64,000 nucleotides of DNA from an uncultured Candidatus Binatia bacterium (GTDB taxonomy: Bacteria; Desulfobacterota; Binatia; UBA9968; CAXXLF01). Location of the stretch: contig OZ244621.1 in assembly GCA_965218425.1 (NCBI GenBank), positions 3,136,001 through 3,200,000 on the forward strand. Reading direction: 5' to 3'. The notes under the pieces are model-generated. The model was not told the DNA's origin, did no database searches, and saw only the letters and a list, made by a program, of their open reading frames with translations. This document shows, in pieces, positions 9,942-19,915 of the stretch; positions within the stretch are counted from its first letter, which is position 1, and each line of letters starts with the position of its first letter. The translations under genes were made by a program, and so were the position numbers.

Positions 9942-10100
9942 ATGATTGTTCCCCTGATACCCGAGCTGATCCAGGAAAAGGTTCATTATCGACCAAGGAT
10001 GTCCTTGAGTGATGGAACCCGGTTGCTAAAGCCGCAGACGGTCAAAGCCCGCATGAAGGACCTCAGAAAAGTCGCCAAAGCAGTGGGGGGGGAAGTTTAG
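9942..10100 (+). pseudogene. aroF: Internally deleted DAHP synthase (type I-beta aroF) relic, a 52-aa in-frame minigene
   Basis: MIVPLIPELIQEKVHYRPRMSLSDGTRLLKPQTVKARMKDLRKVAKAVGGEV resembles the AroF start plus the C-terminal EVH..P..ALSDG.Q.L.P...M..LR.VA.AVG; it occupies the usual hisC-aroF-tyrA slot. Confidence 0.75.
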
Positions 10101-10963
10101 TGCCTTTTATGTTTCGGCGCATGGTAGTTGCGGGTGTAGGGCTCACGGGAGGGTCTCTGGCGTTGGCGGCTCGAAAATTTGGACTGGTGGATGAAATAGT
10201 AGGGTATGGGCGTGGGGAAAAGAACTTACGTCTGGCTCGAAGGAAGGGAGTGATTGACCGTTATTTCATGGATGAAGGTAAGTTCCCTAAGGGAGTCGAT
10301 CTGTTGATTTTGGCCACTCCAGTACAATCCTTGGCCCCACTCGCTAAATCCTTTCTGCCCGGGCTTGGGCCAGGTTGCTTGGTGAGTGATGTGGGGAGCG
10401 TCAAAGGGAGTGTTGTGCGTCAGGTGGAGCGCGTGCTAGGCAAACGGGCTTCCTTTGTGGGGGCTCATCCCATCGCTGGAGGGGAAAAATGGGGAGCCCA
10501 AGCTGCGAAGCCGGATCTTTTCATAGGACACCGTTGTATCCTTACTCCCACACGGCATACCGATCCAAAGGCCCTTAAAAAATTGACCCTGTTTTGGCGT
10601 CGGCTGGGATCAAAGGTAGAACTCCTGGACCCGAGCGTTCATGATCGGATTCTGGCATTGGTGAGCCACCTTCCCCATGTCTTGGTCTACTCATTGGTCA
10701 ATAGCCTACGTGATGCAAGGGTGGATTCATTGGATCTGAAGGAGTACTGTGCCGGCGGATTCAAGGATTTTACCCGTATCGCCTCCAGCCGTCCTGAAAT
10801 ATGGCGCGATATATGTCTGGTTAATCCGCGGGCCATTACCAAAGGAATTTCCGATTACGTGACGCGACTGGAAAAGATCAAAGGATGGGTCCGGGATGGA
10901 AGAGGGGATTTGCTGGAAAAAGAATTCCAGAGGGCCAACGAATTTCGAGGAGCCATCCCGTAG
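10100..10963 (+). CDS. tyrA: Prephenate dehydrogenase
   Basis: GVGLTGGSLA, DVGSVK, HPIAG, SHLPH and DFTRIASS motifs. Confidence 0.96.
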   Translation: MPFMFRRMVVAGVGLTGGSLALAARKFGLVDEIVGYGRGEKNLRLARRKGVIDRYFMDEGKFPKGVDLLILATPVQSLAPLAKSFLPGLGPGCLVSDVGSVKGSVVRQVERVLGKRASFVGAHPIAGGEKWGAQAAKPDLFIGHRCILTPTRHTDPKALKKLTLFWRRLGSKVELLDPSVHDRILALVSHLPHVLVYSLVNSLRDARVDSLDLKEYCAGGFKDFTRIASSRPEIWRDICLVNPRAITKGISDYVTRLEKIKGWVRDGRGDLLEKEFQRANEFRGAIP

Positions 10964-10971
10964 CATCGAAG

Positions 10972-12252
10972 ATGAATAAAATCCAGGAAAGCTCCCAGCC
11001 ACTGAAGGGTGAATTGAGTGTCCCCGGGGATAAATCCATTGCCCATCGGGCCGTAATTTTTTCATGTATTTCCGAAGGAGAAAGCCGCATATTCAACCTT
11101 TCCGGTGGGGAGGACAATTCTCGAACCGCAAAGGCTTTCAAGGATCTAGGGGTAAAGATATGGAGTGAAGGAGAGGCTCTCTTTGTTCACGGAAAAGGCT
11201 GGAATGGTCTTTCAGCCCCTCACCACACCATTGACTGTGGTAATTCCGGTACCACCATGCGGCTCCTTGCCGGTGTTTTGGCAGGTCGACCCTTCACCAC
11301 CATATTGGACGGAGATGCGTCCCTTAGGACGAGGCCCATGCAGCGAATCATAGAACCACTCGGTCAGATGGGCGCTCAGATATTGAGTCGGAAAGGTAAA
11401 GGCCTCGCCCCCCTTGAGATTCGGGGAGGGCAGATGCAAGGGATCAGCTATGGGACTCCCATCCCCAGCGCTCAGGTCAAATCGGCAATACTACTGGCAG
11501 GGCTTCAGGCCCATGGCCTGACGGTGGTCAAGGAGACACAACGATCCCGAGATCATACGGAGATTATGGCTCGGGCCTTTGGGGCGGAGCTCAAGGTGGA
11601 TGGATGTTCCGTCTCCCTCAATGGCCCTCAGAAGCTTTCCCATCGGGAAGTCAGGATTCCCGGCGATCTCTCCTCTGCGGCTTTTTTTATGGTCGCAGCC
11701 GCTGCCATCCCTGGTTCTAATATAGTGATTAGGGGGGTTGGGTGTAACACCACGCGGAGCGGCGTGATTGACGTTCTTAGATCCATGGGTGCTTCCGTGG
11801 AATTGATTTGTCCGCGAGAGGAATCGGGTGAGGCGGTGGCGGATTTAAGGGTCGTGGGGGGGCAGCTTAAGGCTGTTCAAGTGGGTGATGAGATGGCGGC
11901 TCGAACCATCGACGAGTATCCGATCCTTGCGGTGGCCGCCGCATTGGCTGACGGCGTGACCACGTTTTCTGGGGTAAAGGAGCTCCGGTATAAGGAATCT
12001 GATCGTATTGCCACCATGACACGGGAGTTGCGTAAGCTGGGTGTGGATGTTGAAGAGCGTGACGATGGCATGAGTATCAAAGGGAGGGGGAAGCTTCGAG
12101 GGGCCCGCCTGGAGAGTTATGGGGATCATAGGGTGGCCATGGCCTTGGCCGTTGCAGGTCTTGTTTCGGAAGGGGGAGTAGAAGTTGAGAATAGTGCTTG
12201 TGTGGACATCTCTTTCCCTGGGTTTTTTGATCTATTGGGGAGTCTCCAATAA
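10972..12252 (+). CDS. aroA: EPSP synthase
   Basis: PGDKSIAHR, GNSGTTMR, SAQVKS, KESDRI and DHRVAM motifs; start likely ATG 10972. Confidence 0.97.
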   Translation: MNKIQESSQPLKGELSVPGDKSIAHRAVIFSCISEGESRIFNLSGGEDNSRTAKAFKDLGVKIWSEGEALFVHGKGWNGLSAPHHTIDCGNSGTTMRLLAGVLAGRPFTTILDGDASLRTRPMQRIIEPLGQMGAQILSRKGKGLAPLEIRGGQMQGISYGTPIPSAQVKSAILLAGLQAHGLTVVKETQRSRDHTEIMARAFGAELKVDGCSVSLNGPQKLSHREVRIPGDLSSAAFFMVAAAAIPGSNIVIRGVGCNTTRSGVIDVLRSMGASVELICPREESGEAVADLRVVGGQLKAVQVGDEMAARTIDEYPILAVAAALADGVTTFSGVKELRYKESDRIATMTRELRKLGVDVEERDDGMSIKGRGKLRGARLESYGDHRVAMALAVAGLVSEGGVEVENSACVDISFPGFFDLLGSLQ

Positions 12253-12278
12253 AGGAAGGATGCAACCATGAAAGGTTT

Positions 12279-12974
12279 ATGCCCACTAACAGCAAAGACC
12301 GATTAATTGTCGCCATTGATGGCCCTTCCGGTGCCGGGAAAAGCACCGTAGCCAGGCGATTGGCTCATGAGTTGGGGTACCTTTACTTGGACACCGGAGC
12401 CATGTATCGTGCAGTTGCATTGAGCGTCGTGGAGGCAAGGATTGATCCGTCTGACGAAAAGAAACTGAGAAAAATCCTTGAAGATATAAGGGTTAAGCTG
12501 ATAGAGGAAAGTAATGGGATAAAACTCCTCCTCAATGGGCGGGATGTAACCGAAGAGATTCGCACGCCAGAAATGAGTCTCATGGCCTCTAAAATCTCCG
12601 AGCTCCAAGCGGTTCGGGAGAGGATGGTGGAAATCCAAAGGACCATGGCCTCACAGAGGGGGCTCGTTGCAGAGGGAAGAGATATTGGAACCGTTGTATT
12701 CCCCGGGGCCGAGGTCAAAATCTACTTGGATGCATCGGAGCCAGAAAGGGCAAGGAGACGCTTTCAAGAGCTCTTGTCCCATGGTAAGCAGGTCACTTTG
12801 GAGGGTACCCTAAGGGAAATGCATGAGAGAGATCGACGGGACCAAGAGCGCGCCCTGTCTCCTCTGCGAAAAGCCGAGGGTGCAATGGTGGTAGACTCAA
12901 CGTCCTTGGAGGTGGATGCAGTGCTGGATGGGATTGTTAACGAAGTGAAACATAAAATGGCGCAAATTCAGTGA
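12279..12974 (+). CDS. cmk: Cytidylate kinase
   Basis: AIDGPSGAGKST, DTGAMYR and EGRDIGTVVFP motifs. Confidence 0.97.
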   Translation: MPTNSKDRLIVAIDGPSGAGKSTVARRLAHELGYLYLDTGAMYRAVALSVVEARIDPSDEKKLRKILEDIRVKLIEESNGIKLLLNGRDVTEEIRTPEMSLMASKISELQAVRERMVEIQRTMASQRGLVAEGRDIGTVVFPGAEVKIYLDASEPERARRRFQELLSHGKQVTLEGTLREMHERDRRDQERALSPLRKAEGAMVVDSTSLEVDAVLDGIVNEVKHKMAQIQ

Positions 12975-12993
12975 GAAGGGGAGATTAGTCTTT

Positions 12994-14715
12994 ATGGCCC
13001 AAGGCGAGGACGATTTTGGGACTCTATTTGAAGAAAGTATCCGGTCGGTAAAACCCGGGGGCATTGTTAAGGGAACCGTCGTGGGGATCACTCAATCCCA
13101 CGTGGTGGTGGATGTAGGCTACAAGACTGAGGGACAGATCCCGGTGAAAGAGTTCATGGACCGAACCGGGGAGTTGCAGGTTAAAGTTGGAGATGTGGTG
13201 GACGTGTTTTTCGATTCCCTGGAAGAGGACAATGGTGGAATTGTTCTTTCACGGGAACGAGCGGAAAACATCAAGGTGTGGGAGGATATCGAAAAGGCCT
13301 ATAACGAAGAGACTGCGGTGGAGGGAACTATACTAGCTAGGATCAAGGGGGGCTTCAAAGTGGACGTGGGAGTCATGGGGTTCCTCCCCGGTTCCCACGT
13401 GGACATTCGTCCTAATCGAAGCGTTGACCGGTTCATTGGAAAGAAAGACCACTTCCGCATTTTGAAATACAATCGCCCGAGAGGAAATGTGGTCCTTTCC
13501 CGTAAGCTCATGGTTGAAAAAGAGCGAGAGGTGCTCAAAAAAGATACCCTGAAAGTTTTAGAGGAAGGAGTCATCCTTGAAGGGACCGTTAAGAACATAA
13601 CCGGATATGGGGCATTTGTGGACGTAGGTGGGATCGATGGGATTTTACACATCACGGATATGTCTTGGCGAAGAATCAATCATCCGTCCGAGCTGGTCCA
13701 AGTGGGAGATCGGATCAAGGTGGTGGTGCTAAAGTTTGATCCGGAGCGCGAGCGAATCTCATTGGGCATGAAGCAGATCACGCCGGATCCGTGGAAATCC
13801 ATTGAGGAAAAATTTGTGGTGGGAGCCCGTGTTCAGGGTAAGGTGGTGGGGTTGACCGACTATGGTGCCTTTGTGGAACTCGAAGAGGGAATTGAGGGTT
13901 TGATCCATATATCAGAGATGTCTTGGGCTAAAAAGGTGGCCCATCCAATGAAGGTGGTCCAGGTGGGAGAGACGGTAGAAACCGTAATCCTCAACGTGGA
14001 CCCAAACCGGCGGCGCATTTCATTAGGATTGAAGCAAGTCATGCCGAATCCATGGGTATTGGCCAAGGAAAAATATCCCGTGGGAAGTATTGTGAAGGGG
14101 CCCGTTCGCAACATTACTGATTTCGGACTGTTCATTGGAGTAGAAGAGGAAATCGATGGCCTGGTCCATATCTCCGACCTCCATTGGACCAAGAAGGTTA
14201 AGCACCCGTCAGAGCTTTATAAAAAAGGGGACATGGTGGAGGCCAAGGTTTTGGGGATCGATGCGGAAAGTGAACGGTTCTCGCTGGGAATTAGGCAGGT
14301 TACCCCAGATCCTTGGGAACTTGCCGCACAGAACCACCCCGTGGGCTCCAAAATTGACGGGCCCGTTACCCGGGTTACCGACTTTGGAGTTTTTGTTCGT
14401 ATTGAGGAAGGGATGGAAGGGTTAATTCATGTTTCCCAATTGAGCTCTGAACGAGTGGAGAAACCTTCCAGTCTCTTCAAGGCAGGAGACCATGTCCAGG
14501 CGGAGGTGATCCATGTGGATGTCCATGAGAGGAGGGTCGGATTGAGCATCCGGGTCTTGGGCCAGACGGAAGAGCGAGAGGAAATGGAGGCATACTTGAA
14601 AAAGGAGAGGGATGCGGGGCGGTTTTCCTTTGAGACGATTTTGAACGAAGACTTGAAACTGGATAAGGAAGAAAGTGGACAGCCCGCGAATAAAGGGAAG
14701 GGTGGCAATCCATGA
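12994..14715 (+). CDS. rpsA: 30S ribosomal protein S1
   Basis: Six S1 repeats (e.g. YGAFVD..GIDGILHITDMSW). Confidence 0.98.
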   Translation: MAQGEDDFGTLFEESIRSVKPGGIVKGTVVGITQSHVVVDVGYKTEGQIPVKEFMDRTGELQVKVGDVVDVFFDSLEEDNGGIVLSRERAENIKVWEDIEKAYNEETAVEGTILARIKGGFKVDVGVMGFLPGSHVDIRPNRSVDRFIGKKDHFRILKYNRPRGNVVLSRKLMVEKEREVLKKDTLKVLEEGVILEGTVKNITGYGAFVDVGGIDGILHITDMSWRRINHPSELVQVGDRIKVVVLKFDPERERISLGMKQITPDPWKSIEEKFVVGARVQGKVVGLTDYGAFVELEEGIEGLIHISEMSWAKKVAHPMKVVQVGETVETVILNVDPNRRRISLGLKQVMPNPWVLAKEKYPVGSIVKGPVRNITDFGLFIGVEEEIDGLVHISDLHWTKKVKHPSELYKKGDMVEAKVLGIDAESERFSLGIRQVTPDPWELAAQNHPVGSKIDGPVTRVTDFGVFVRIEEGMEGLIHVSQLSSERVEKPSSLFKAGDHVQAEVIHVDVHERRVGLSIRVLGQTEEREEMEAYLKKERDAGRFSFETILNEDLKLDKEESGQPANKGKGGNP

Positions 14716-15617
14716 CCACGTGGTTCTCCCTACGATCCGTATTCCGAGGGCATTCCCTGTTGCGGGGGGTGGGGATCCTTTTTATTGCGGTGCTGGTATT
14801 ATTTGTTTCGGTGTTTTTCTTTACCTATCTTACCGGCGGAGAGACGCGACTGCTCACCATGATCGGTGGGGACGGGGTGGGAGTGGTACTGCTGGAGGGG
14901 ACCATCGAGGAATCCCGTAACACCATTCAAAGTTTGAAAGAATTCGGGGACACCGAAAGAATCAAGGGAGTCGTGGTGCGAATCAATTCCCCTGGAGGAG
15001 GGGTGGTACCCACCCAGGAGATTTATGAGGAAATCGGAAAATTGAAAAAAAAGAAGCCCGTTTTTGCCTCCCTGGGTGGAATGGCAACCTCGGGAGGTTA
15101 CTATATCGCCAGCGCATGTCATCGCATCGTGGCCAATCCGGGCACTCTCACGGGTTCCATTGGGGTGATCATACAGCTGGCAAATGTGGAAGGCTTGATG
15201 CAGAAACTTGGTTTAGAGGGATACAATGTCAAAAGCGGACCTCACAAGGATATTGGATCCCCCCTGCGGCCCCTTTCTCCCGAAGGCGAGGCCATACTCC
15301 AATCCGTGGTGGACGATGTGCACGGGCAATTCGTACGTGCGGTGGCAAGTGGCAGGTCCATGGATGAGAGTAAGGTTCGTGAACTGGCGGACGGTAGAAT
15401 TTACTCAGGAGAGCAGGCGAGGGAATTGGGATTGGTAGACAGCCTGGGGAACATGGATGACGCCATTGATCTTGTGTCCAAACGTGCCGGGATCAAGGGT
15501 GTCCCTCAAGTCATCTATTCACGAGTCAGGGAAAAGAACTGGTGGGAAAGGTTACTTTTCTCGATGTTCTCTGAGCAGCTAGACATGGGAAGAAACTGGG
15601 GCCTACGGTATCAGTGA
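14712..15617 (+). CDS. sppA: Signal peptide peptidase SppA (36K type)
   Basis: RINSPGG, ATSGGYYIA, GSIGVI and ADGRIYSG motifs. Confidence 0.95.
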   Translation: MTTWFSLRSVFRGHSLLRGVGILFIAVLVLFVSVFFFTYLTGGETRLLTMIGGDGVGVVLLEGTIEESRNTIQSLKEFGDTERIKGVVVRINSPGGGVVPTQEIYEEIGKLKKKKPVFASLGGMATSGGYYIASACHRIVANPGTLTGSIGVIIQLANVEGLMQKLGLEGYNVKSGPHKDIGSPLRPLSPEGEAILQSVVDDVHGQFVRAVASGRSMDESKVRELADGRIYSGEQARELGLVDSLGNMDDAIDLVSKRAGIKGVPQVIYSRVREKNWWERLLFSMFSEQLDMGRNWGLRYQ

Positions 15618-15658
15618 TCCAGCGTTTAATAATTAAGTAATAATTGAGTGGAGGAGTC

Positions 15659-15964
15659 ATGACAAAACGAGAACTAATTGACGAGGTCAACGGGAGGTTC
15701 CCTCACCTTTCACGGTTTGATTCTGAGGTGATAATTAATTCCATATTTGATTCCATGGTGAACGCCATGGAGCAGGAGGAAAGGGTAGAGATACGAGGCT
15801 TTGGTAGCTTCGTGGTAAAGCACCGCAGAGCCCGTGAAGGAAGGAACCCTAAAACTGGAGCCATGGTATCAGTGTCGGCCAAGAGAGTGCCCTTTTTCAA
15901 GGTTGGCAAAGAGCTGAGGTTGCGCGTGAACAACGAAGTGTCGGGTCCTGGGGATTCTGAATGA
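15659..15964 (+). CDS. ihfB: Integration host factor beta subunit
   Basis: MTKRELI, RVEIRGFGSF, GRNPKTG and PFFKVGKELR motifs; SD GGAGGAG. Confidence 0.95.
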   Translation: MTKRELIDEVNGRFPHLSRFDSEVIINSIFDSMVNAMEQEERVEIRGFGSFVVKHRRAREGRNPKTGAMVSVSAKRVPFFKVGKELRLRVNNEVSGPGDSE

Positions 15965-16470
15965 AGCAACTCTGGGCACCCTGGAGGATGGCCTATATCG
16001 GTAGTCCGAAGGAGGCAGGGTGTGTTTTTTGTGATAAGCCGCAAGACGGGGATCTCCGTTCCAGTTTAGTCCTAGCACAGACTCCTCACTCCCTTGTTAT
16101 GTTAAATAAGTACCCCTACAGCAGTGGCCATCTCCTACTTGCCCCCAAACGCCATGCCAATCAACTCTCCTCGCTCCCATCGCAAGAGTATTGGGACCTC
16201 TCCCAGGCTTTTAAGGGGGCCGTGGATACCCTTTCCAAGGCCTTGAAGCCGGGAGGATTCAATTTGGGTATGAACCTGGGCCGGTGTGCGGGCGCGGGTG
16301 TTGAGGATCATCTCCATTGGCACGTGGTTCCTCGGTGGGAAGGAGATACCAATTTCATGCCGGTCATGGACGAGGTCCGTGTGATACCGCAACATCTCAT
16401 GGAAAGTTACGATCAGTTAAAACCGTTTTTCGTAGACTTTCTATTTATGGAAGAGAACTTAAGACAATAA
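15961..16470 (+). CDS. HIT-family (Ap4A phosphorylase-like) protein
   Basis: LWAPWR, NKYPY, HLHWHVVPRW motifs. Confidence 0.92.
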   Translation: MKQLWAPWRMAYIGSPKEAGCVFCDKPQDGDLRSSLVLAQTPHSLVMLNKYPYSSGHLLLAPKRHANQLSSLPSQEYWDLSQAFKGAVDTLSKALKPGGFNLGMNLGRCAGAGVEDHLHWHVVPRWEGDTNFMPVMDEVRVIPQHLMESYDQLKPFFVDFLFMEENLRQ

Positions 16471-16520
16471 ACAGAAATGATGGATTCAAGACAATACCAT
16501 AATTGATTTTAAGGGAGGCA

Positions 16521-17924
16521 TTGAACGTGAACCTTGCAAAAACGGTAGGCGAGCTCAGGAAGAACGGAGCCCCAATACTGACGGTGAATCAGGAGATGCG
16601 GAAAAATTTTGTTCGGCATCTGGAGTCGGGCGAAAGGATCTTACCTGGTATTGTCGGGTATGATGATACCGTCATCCCGGAAATCGAGAATGCGATCCTT
16701 TCAGGACACCACATGGTCATCCTGGGTGAAAGGGGACAGGCAAAGTCACGCATTATTCGAAGCCTGGTTTCACTTCTAGATGAGCGCATTCCCATTGTCC
16801 AAAGTTGCGAGATAAACGATAACCCATTGGCACCCATCTGTCGTGTTTGCCGGCGGCGGATCGAAAAAGAAGGAGATAACACACCCATTGAATGGGTGGA
16901 CCGAGACCACAGATACGGTGAAAAGCTCGCCACGCCGGATGTTTCCATCGCCGACCTGGTTGGTGAGATTGATCCGATCAAAGTGGCGGAAGGGCGATAC
17001 CTCGCAGACGAGGAAACCATTCATTACGGATTAATCCCCCGTACCAATCGGGGTATCTTTGCCATCAATGAGCTTCCCGATCTCACCGAAAAGGTCCAAG
17101 TGGGACTTTTCAATCTCATGGAAGAGAGAGACGTTCAGATCAAGGGTTACAAGATCCGGTTGCCGTTGGATGTTATCATAGTGGCCAGTGCCAACCCGGA
17201 GGATTATACCAGCCGGGGAAGAATCATCACCCCCTTGAAAGACCGCTTTGACGTCCAGATCCGTACCCACTATCCACAGACAATGAAGGATGAGATTGTC
17301 ATCATGGAACAGGAGGCGGCTCCTCTGAGCCTTCGCAGCCAGTCCGTCCGGGTACCGGATTTCATGAAAGAGATTGTGGCCCAGTTGACCTTTGAAGCCC
17401 GCAAGTCGAGTGAAATCAATCAGGCCTCGGGGGTTAGTGTCAGAATGACCATCAATAACTATGAGAGTATGATCAGTAATGCGGAAAAAAGAGTCTTGCG
17501 TCTCAGGGAAAAAGAGGTGGTGCCCCGGGTGAGCGATCTTCACGCCATGCTGGCTTCCACGTGCGGCAAGGTTGAAGTAGAATATATTGGAGAGGACAGG
17601 AGAGAGGACGAATTGGTAGAAAAGCTTGTGAATCGGGCCATAATGAAGGCTTTTGACGACCATTTTAGTGTGAACTCCTGCCAAAAGATCATTGAATACT
17701 TTAACTCGGGCTGGGGGGTGGAAGTTTCAGATGATATGGCTTCGGAAGACTACATGGAGGGCATCAAGGAGATCCCGGGTCTGGAGGAGACCATTCGTTC
17801 CCTTGGCGACCTGGAATCGCCGGCTCTTCTGGCTTCCGCCACAGAGTTTGTTTTAGAGGGACTTCACTTGCATCAAAAGTTGAACAAGGAAGTAAAGGGA
17901 GGAAGAATAACCTACGGAAAGTAG
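16521..17924 (+). CDS. AAA+ ATPase, magnesium-chelatase-like (MoxR/Rv0958-type)
   Basis: GERGQAKS Walker A, EKLATPD, GEIDPIKVAEGR, FAINELPDL and SANPEDYT motifs. Confidence 0.88.
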   Translation: MNVNLAKTVGELRKNGAPILTVNQEMRKNFVRHLESGERILPGIVGYDDTVIPEIENAILSGHHMVILGERGQAKSRIIRSLVSLLDERIPIVQSCEINDNPLAPICRVCRRRIEKEGDNTPIEWVDRDHRYGEKLATPDVSIADLVGEIDPIKVAEGRYLADEETIHYGLIPRTNRGIFAINELPDLTEKVQVGLFNLMEERDVQIKGYKIRLPLDVIIVASANPEDYTSRGRIITPLKDRFDVQIRTHYPQTMKDEIVIMEQEAAPLSLRSQSVRVPDFMKEIVAQLTFEARKSSEINQASGVSVRMTINNYESMISNAEKRVLRLREKEVVPRVSDLHAMLASTCGKVEVEYIGEDRREDELVEKLVNRAIMKAFDDHFSVNSCQKIIEYFNSGWGVEVSDDMASEDYMEGIKEIPGLEETIRSLGDLESPALLASATEFVLEGLHLHQKLNKEVKGGRITYGK

Positions 17925-17933
17925 GGAAGGGGT

Positions 17934-17997
17934 GACAGAGATAGAGACAGGGACAGAATAGACGGTGATCTTTGACTGAACCCTCTGTCTCTGTCTG
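17934..17997. repeat. Hexamer-stutter inverted repeat (GACAGA)n...(TCTGTC)n
   Basis: GACAGAGATAGAGACAGGGACAGA ... TCTGTCTCTGTC. Confidence 0.65.
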
Positions 17998-18005
17998 ATA
18001 CACTT

Positions 18006-19598
18006 ATGCCTCATATCCGATACAGCCAATGGGTCGACACGGGAGCCCCGGCGCAATCAGCCGAGCATATATTTGAGGGGCTTAACGAGCATCTGAATAA
18101 TACCGGGGATCTTCAGCAGGCCATGCGGCGGCTCATTCAGCGGGGTATGGGTGAGGGTGAAGAGCGTGTAAGCGGTCTTGACGACTTGCTGTCAAAGGTG
18201 GCCCGGGAAATGAGACGGCTCTACGAGCGTTATCAGCTCCGCTCGGCCTTGGATCAGGTTGCTGAGAGGCTGGAGTCCATCGTCAAGCAAGAGAAACAGG
18301 CCCTGGCGGAGCAGGGAGAAGGGGCGCCCCAAGCCGGCGAGAAGGAGAAGTTTCTCGATCAACTGTCACGTCGCCCAAGTGAAGCCATTGAATCCCTCGC
18401 GTCCTATGAATTTGAAGATGAACAGGCTCGCTCCGAGTTCGAAGAGCTCCATCGTCAGCTGGATGAGATCAAACGATTGGAGCAATATACATGGCGTGAG
18501 GGTAACATATTTAGGGGAGGAACCCCTTTGGATTTGAAGGAGGCTTCGAAACTCCTGGAACGGATGGAAGGCCTACGCCAGCTTGAGAGCCAGCTTTCCA
18601 GCAACAACATGAAGGATATGAACGTCGATATGTTGCGATCGTTGTTAGGTGAGGATGCGGGACAGGAATTTGAGGGGTTGGCTCGATTGGAGTCCCTCCT
18701 GGAGGAGAGCGGGTATGTGATGGAGCGAGGGGGCCACTACGAATTGACACCCCGCGGGGTGCGAAAAATCGGTCAGATGGCCCTTAGGGACATTTATAAG
18801 CAGTTGACTCGTGATGGCATGGGCCGCCATATCATGCGTCGCCGGGGCGCTCAGGACCAGCGAATGGATGAAAGCCGTCCCTATGCCTACGGAGATTCCT
18901 TTGACCTCCATATGCTTCAAACCCTCAAGAACGCTCTGCTTCGGCAGGGGGGGATGCCTTTGCGCCTCCATCCAAACGATTTTTCGGTTTATGAATCTGA
19001 TTATGGGACAAGGGCGGCAACGGTGCTGCTTTTGGACATGAGCTGGTCCATGAGTTGGGAAGGTAGGTTCACTGCAGCCAAGAAGGTTGCCCTGGCAATG
19101 GAGAGCTTGAGTCGTTCCCTATACCCTCGCGATTATTTCGGTATTGTAGGATTTTTTACTCGAGCCATCGAACTGAAGCCCAAGGATCTTCCCGAGGCGA
19201 GTTGGAATATGGGAGATCCTTTCACCAATCTCCAGGACGGGTTGCACCTTGCGTCCGAGCTGCTGGATAAAAAACGCAGTCATAACCAACAAATGATTGT
19301 GATTACGGATGGTCAACCCACGGCCTATTGTCGCCAGGGGCGGCTTTACTGTGAGTGGCCATTGAGTTTCGGAGGCATCAGTCAGAGGGCTGCGGAGGAA
19401 ACCCTCAAAGAGGCAGAGCGTATCACACGAAAGGGTATCACCATTAACACCTTCATGTTGGATGACAGTCCGGTATTGAAGGAGTTCGTGGAGGGTATGA
19501 CTCGTCTCAATAAAGGCCGAGCCTTTTATACTCGGCCGGACCATCTGGGACAATACCTCCTGGTGGACTACTTTTCCCGCATTCGAAAACGGGTCTAA
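18006..19598 (+). CDS. VWA-domain protein (partner of the upstream AAA+ ATPase)
   Basis: MIDAS DMSWS, FTNLQDG and ITDGQPTA motifs; ELTPRGVRKIG. Confidence 0.9.
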   Translation: MPHIRYSQWVDTGAPAQSAEHIFEGLNEHLNNTGDLQQAMRRLIQRGMGEGEERVSGLDDLLSKVAREMRRLYERYQLRSALDQVAERLESIVKQEKQALAEQGEGAPQAGEKEKFLDQLSRRPSEAIESLASYEFEDEQARSEFEELHRQLDEIKRLEQYTWREGNIFRGGTPLDLKEASKLLERMEGLRQLESQLSSNNMKDMNVDMLRSLLGEDAGQEFEGLARLESLLEESGYVMERGGHYELTPRGVRKIGQMALRDIYKQLTRDGMGRHIMRRRGAQDQRMDESRPYAYGDSFDLHMLQTLKNALLRQGGMPLRLHPNDFSVYESDYGTRAATVLLLDMSWSMSWEGRFTAAKKVALAMESLSRSLYPRDYFGIVGFFTRAIELKPKDLPEASWNMGDPFTNLQDGLHLASELLDKKRSHNQQMIVITDGQPTAYCRQGRLYCEWPLSFGGISQRAAEETLKEAERITRKGITINTFMLDDSPVLKEFVEGMTRLNKGRAFYTRPDHLGQYLLVDYFSRIRKRV

Positions 19599-19613
19599 TA
19601 ACACCTTAGAAGA

Positions 19614-19635
19614 TCCCCGGATGTGAGTCCGGGGA
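19614..19635. terminator. GC-rich hairpin between the convergent VWA gene and htpX
   Basis: TCCCCGGA-TGTGAG-TCCGGGGA perfect 8-bp stem. Confidence 0.6.
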
Positions 19636-19915
19636 AATTTACTTAAGATTCGGTTTCGGCGTGGTGAATCTGACGATGAGAAGAGTGGTCCTAGCCGCCA
19701 GCCAGTTTCCTGGGTATCTGTTGCGACGTGGTTTCATCACGTCTCCCACTATCCTAGGTTGCCGGGACACTGGAGCTTTATAACTAGGAAGATGCGTGAT
19801 CTCCCCGGCGAGGAGGCGACTCTATCAATTTCGTTTGTGGGCTATAACCCCTATGGAATAACTTATCGGTGGAAACCACTCAACTCAGTTGAGAAGAATG
19901 TGACTCAGAGTGCGA

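Noticed and set aside
15610..15630. Possible UGA readthrough at the end of sppA
   Set aside because: Would add only 4 residues; no redox motif or SECIS
19640..19830. 6S RNA, tmRNA, SAM-I or HDV-like ribozyme
   Set aside because: Only short motifs match (CCCGGCAACC, GCCTCCTCG, GGTTTCGGC); the required helices and ends are absent
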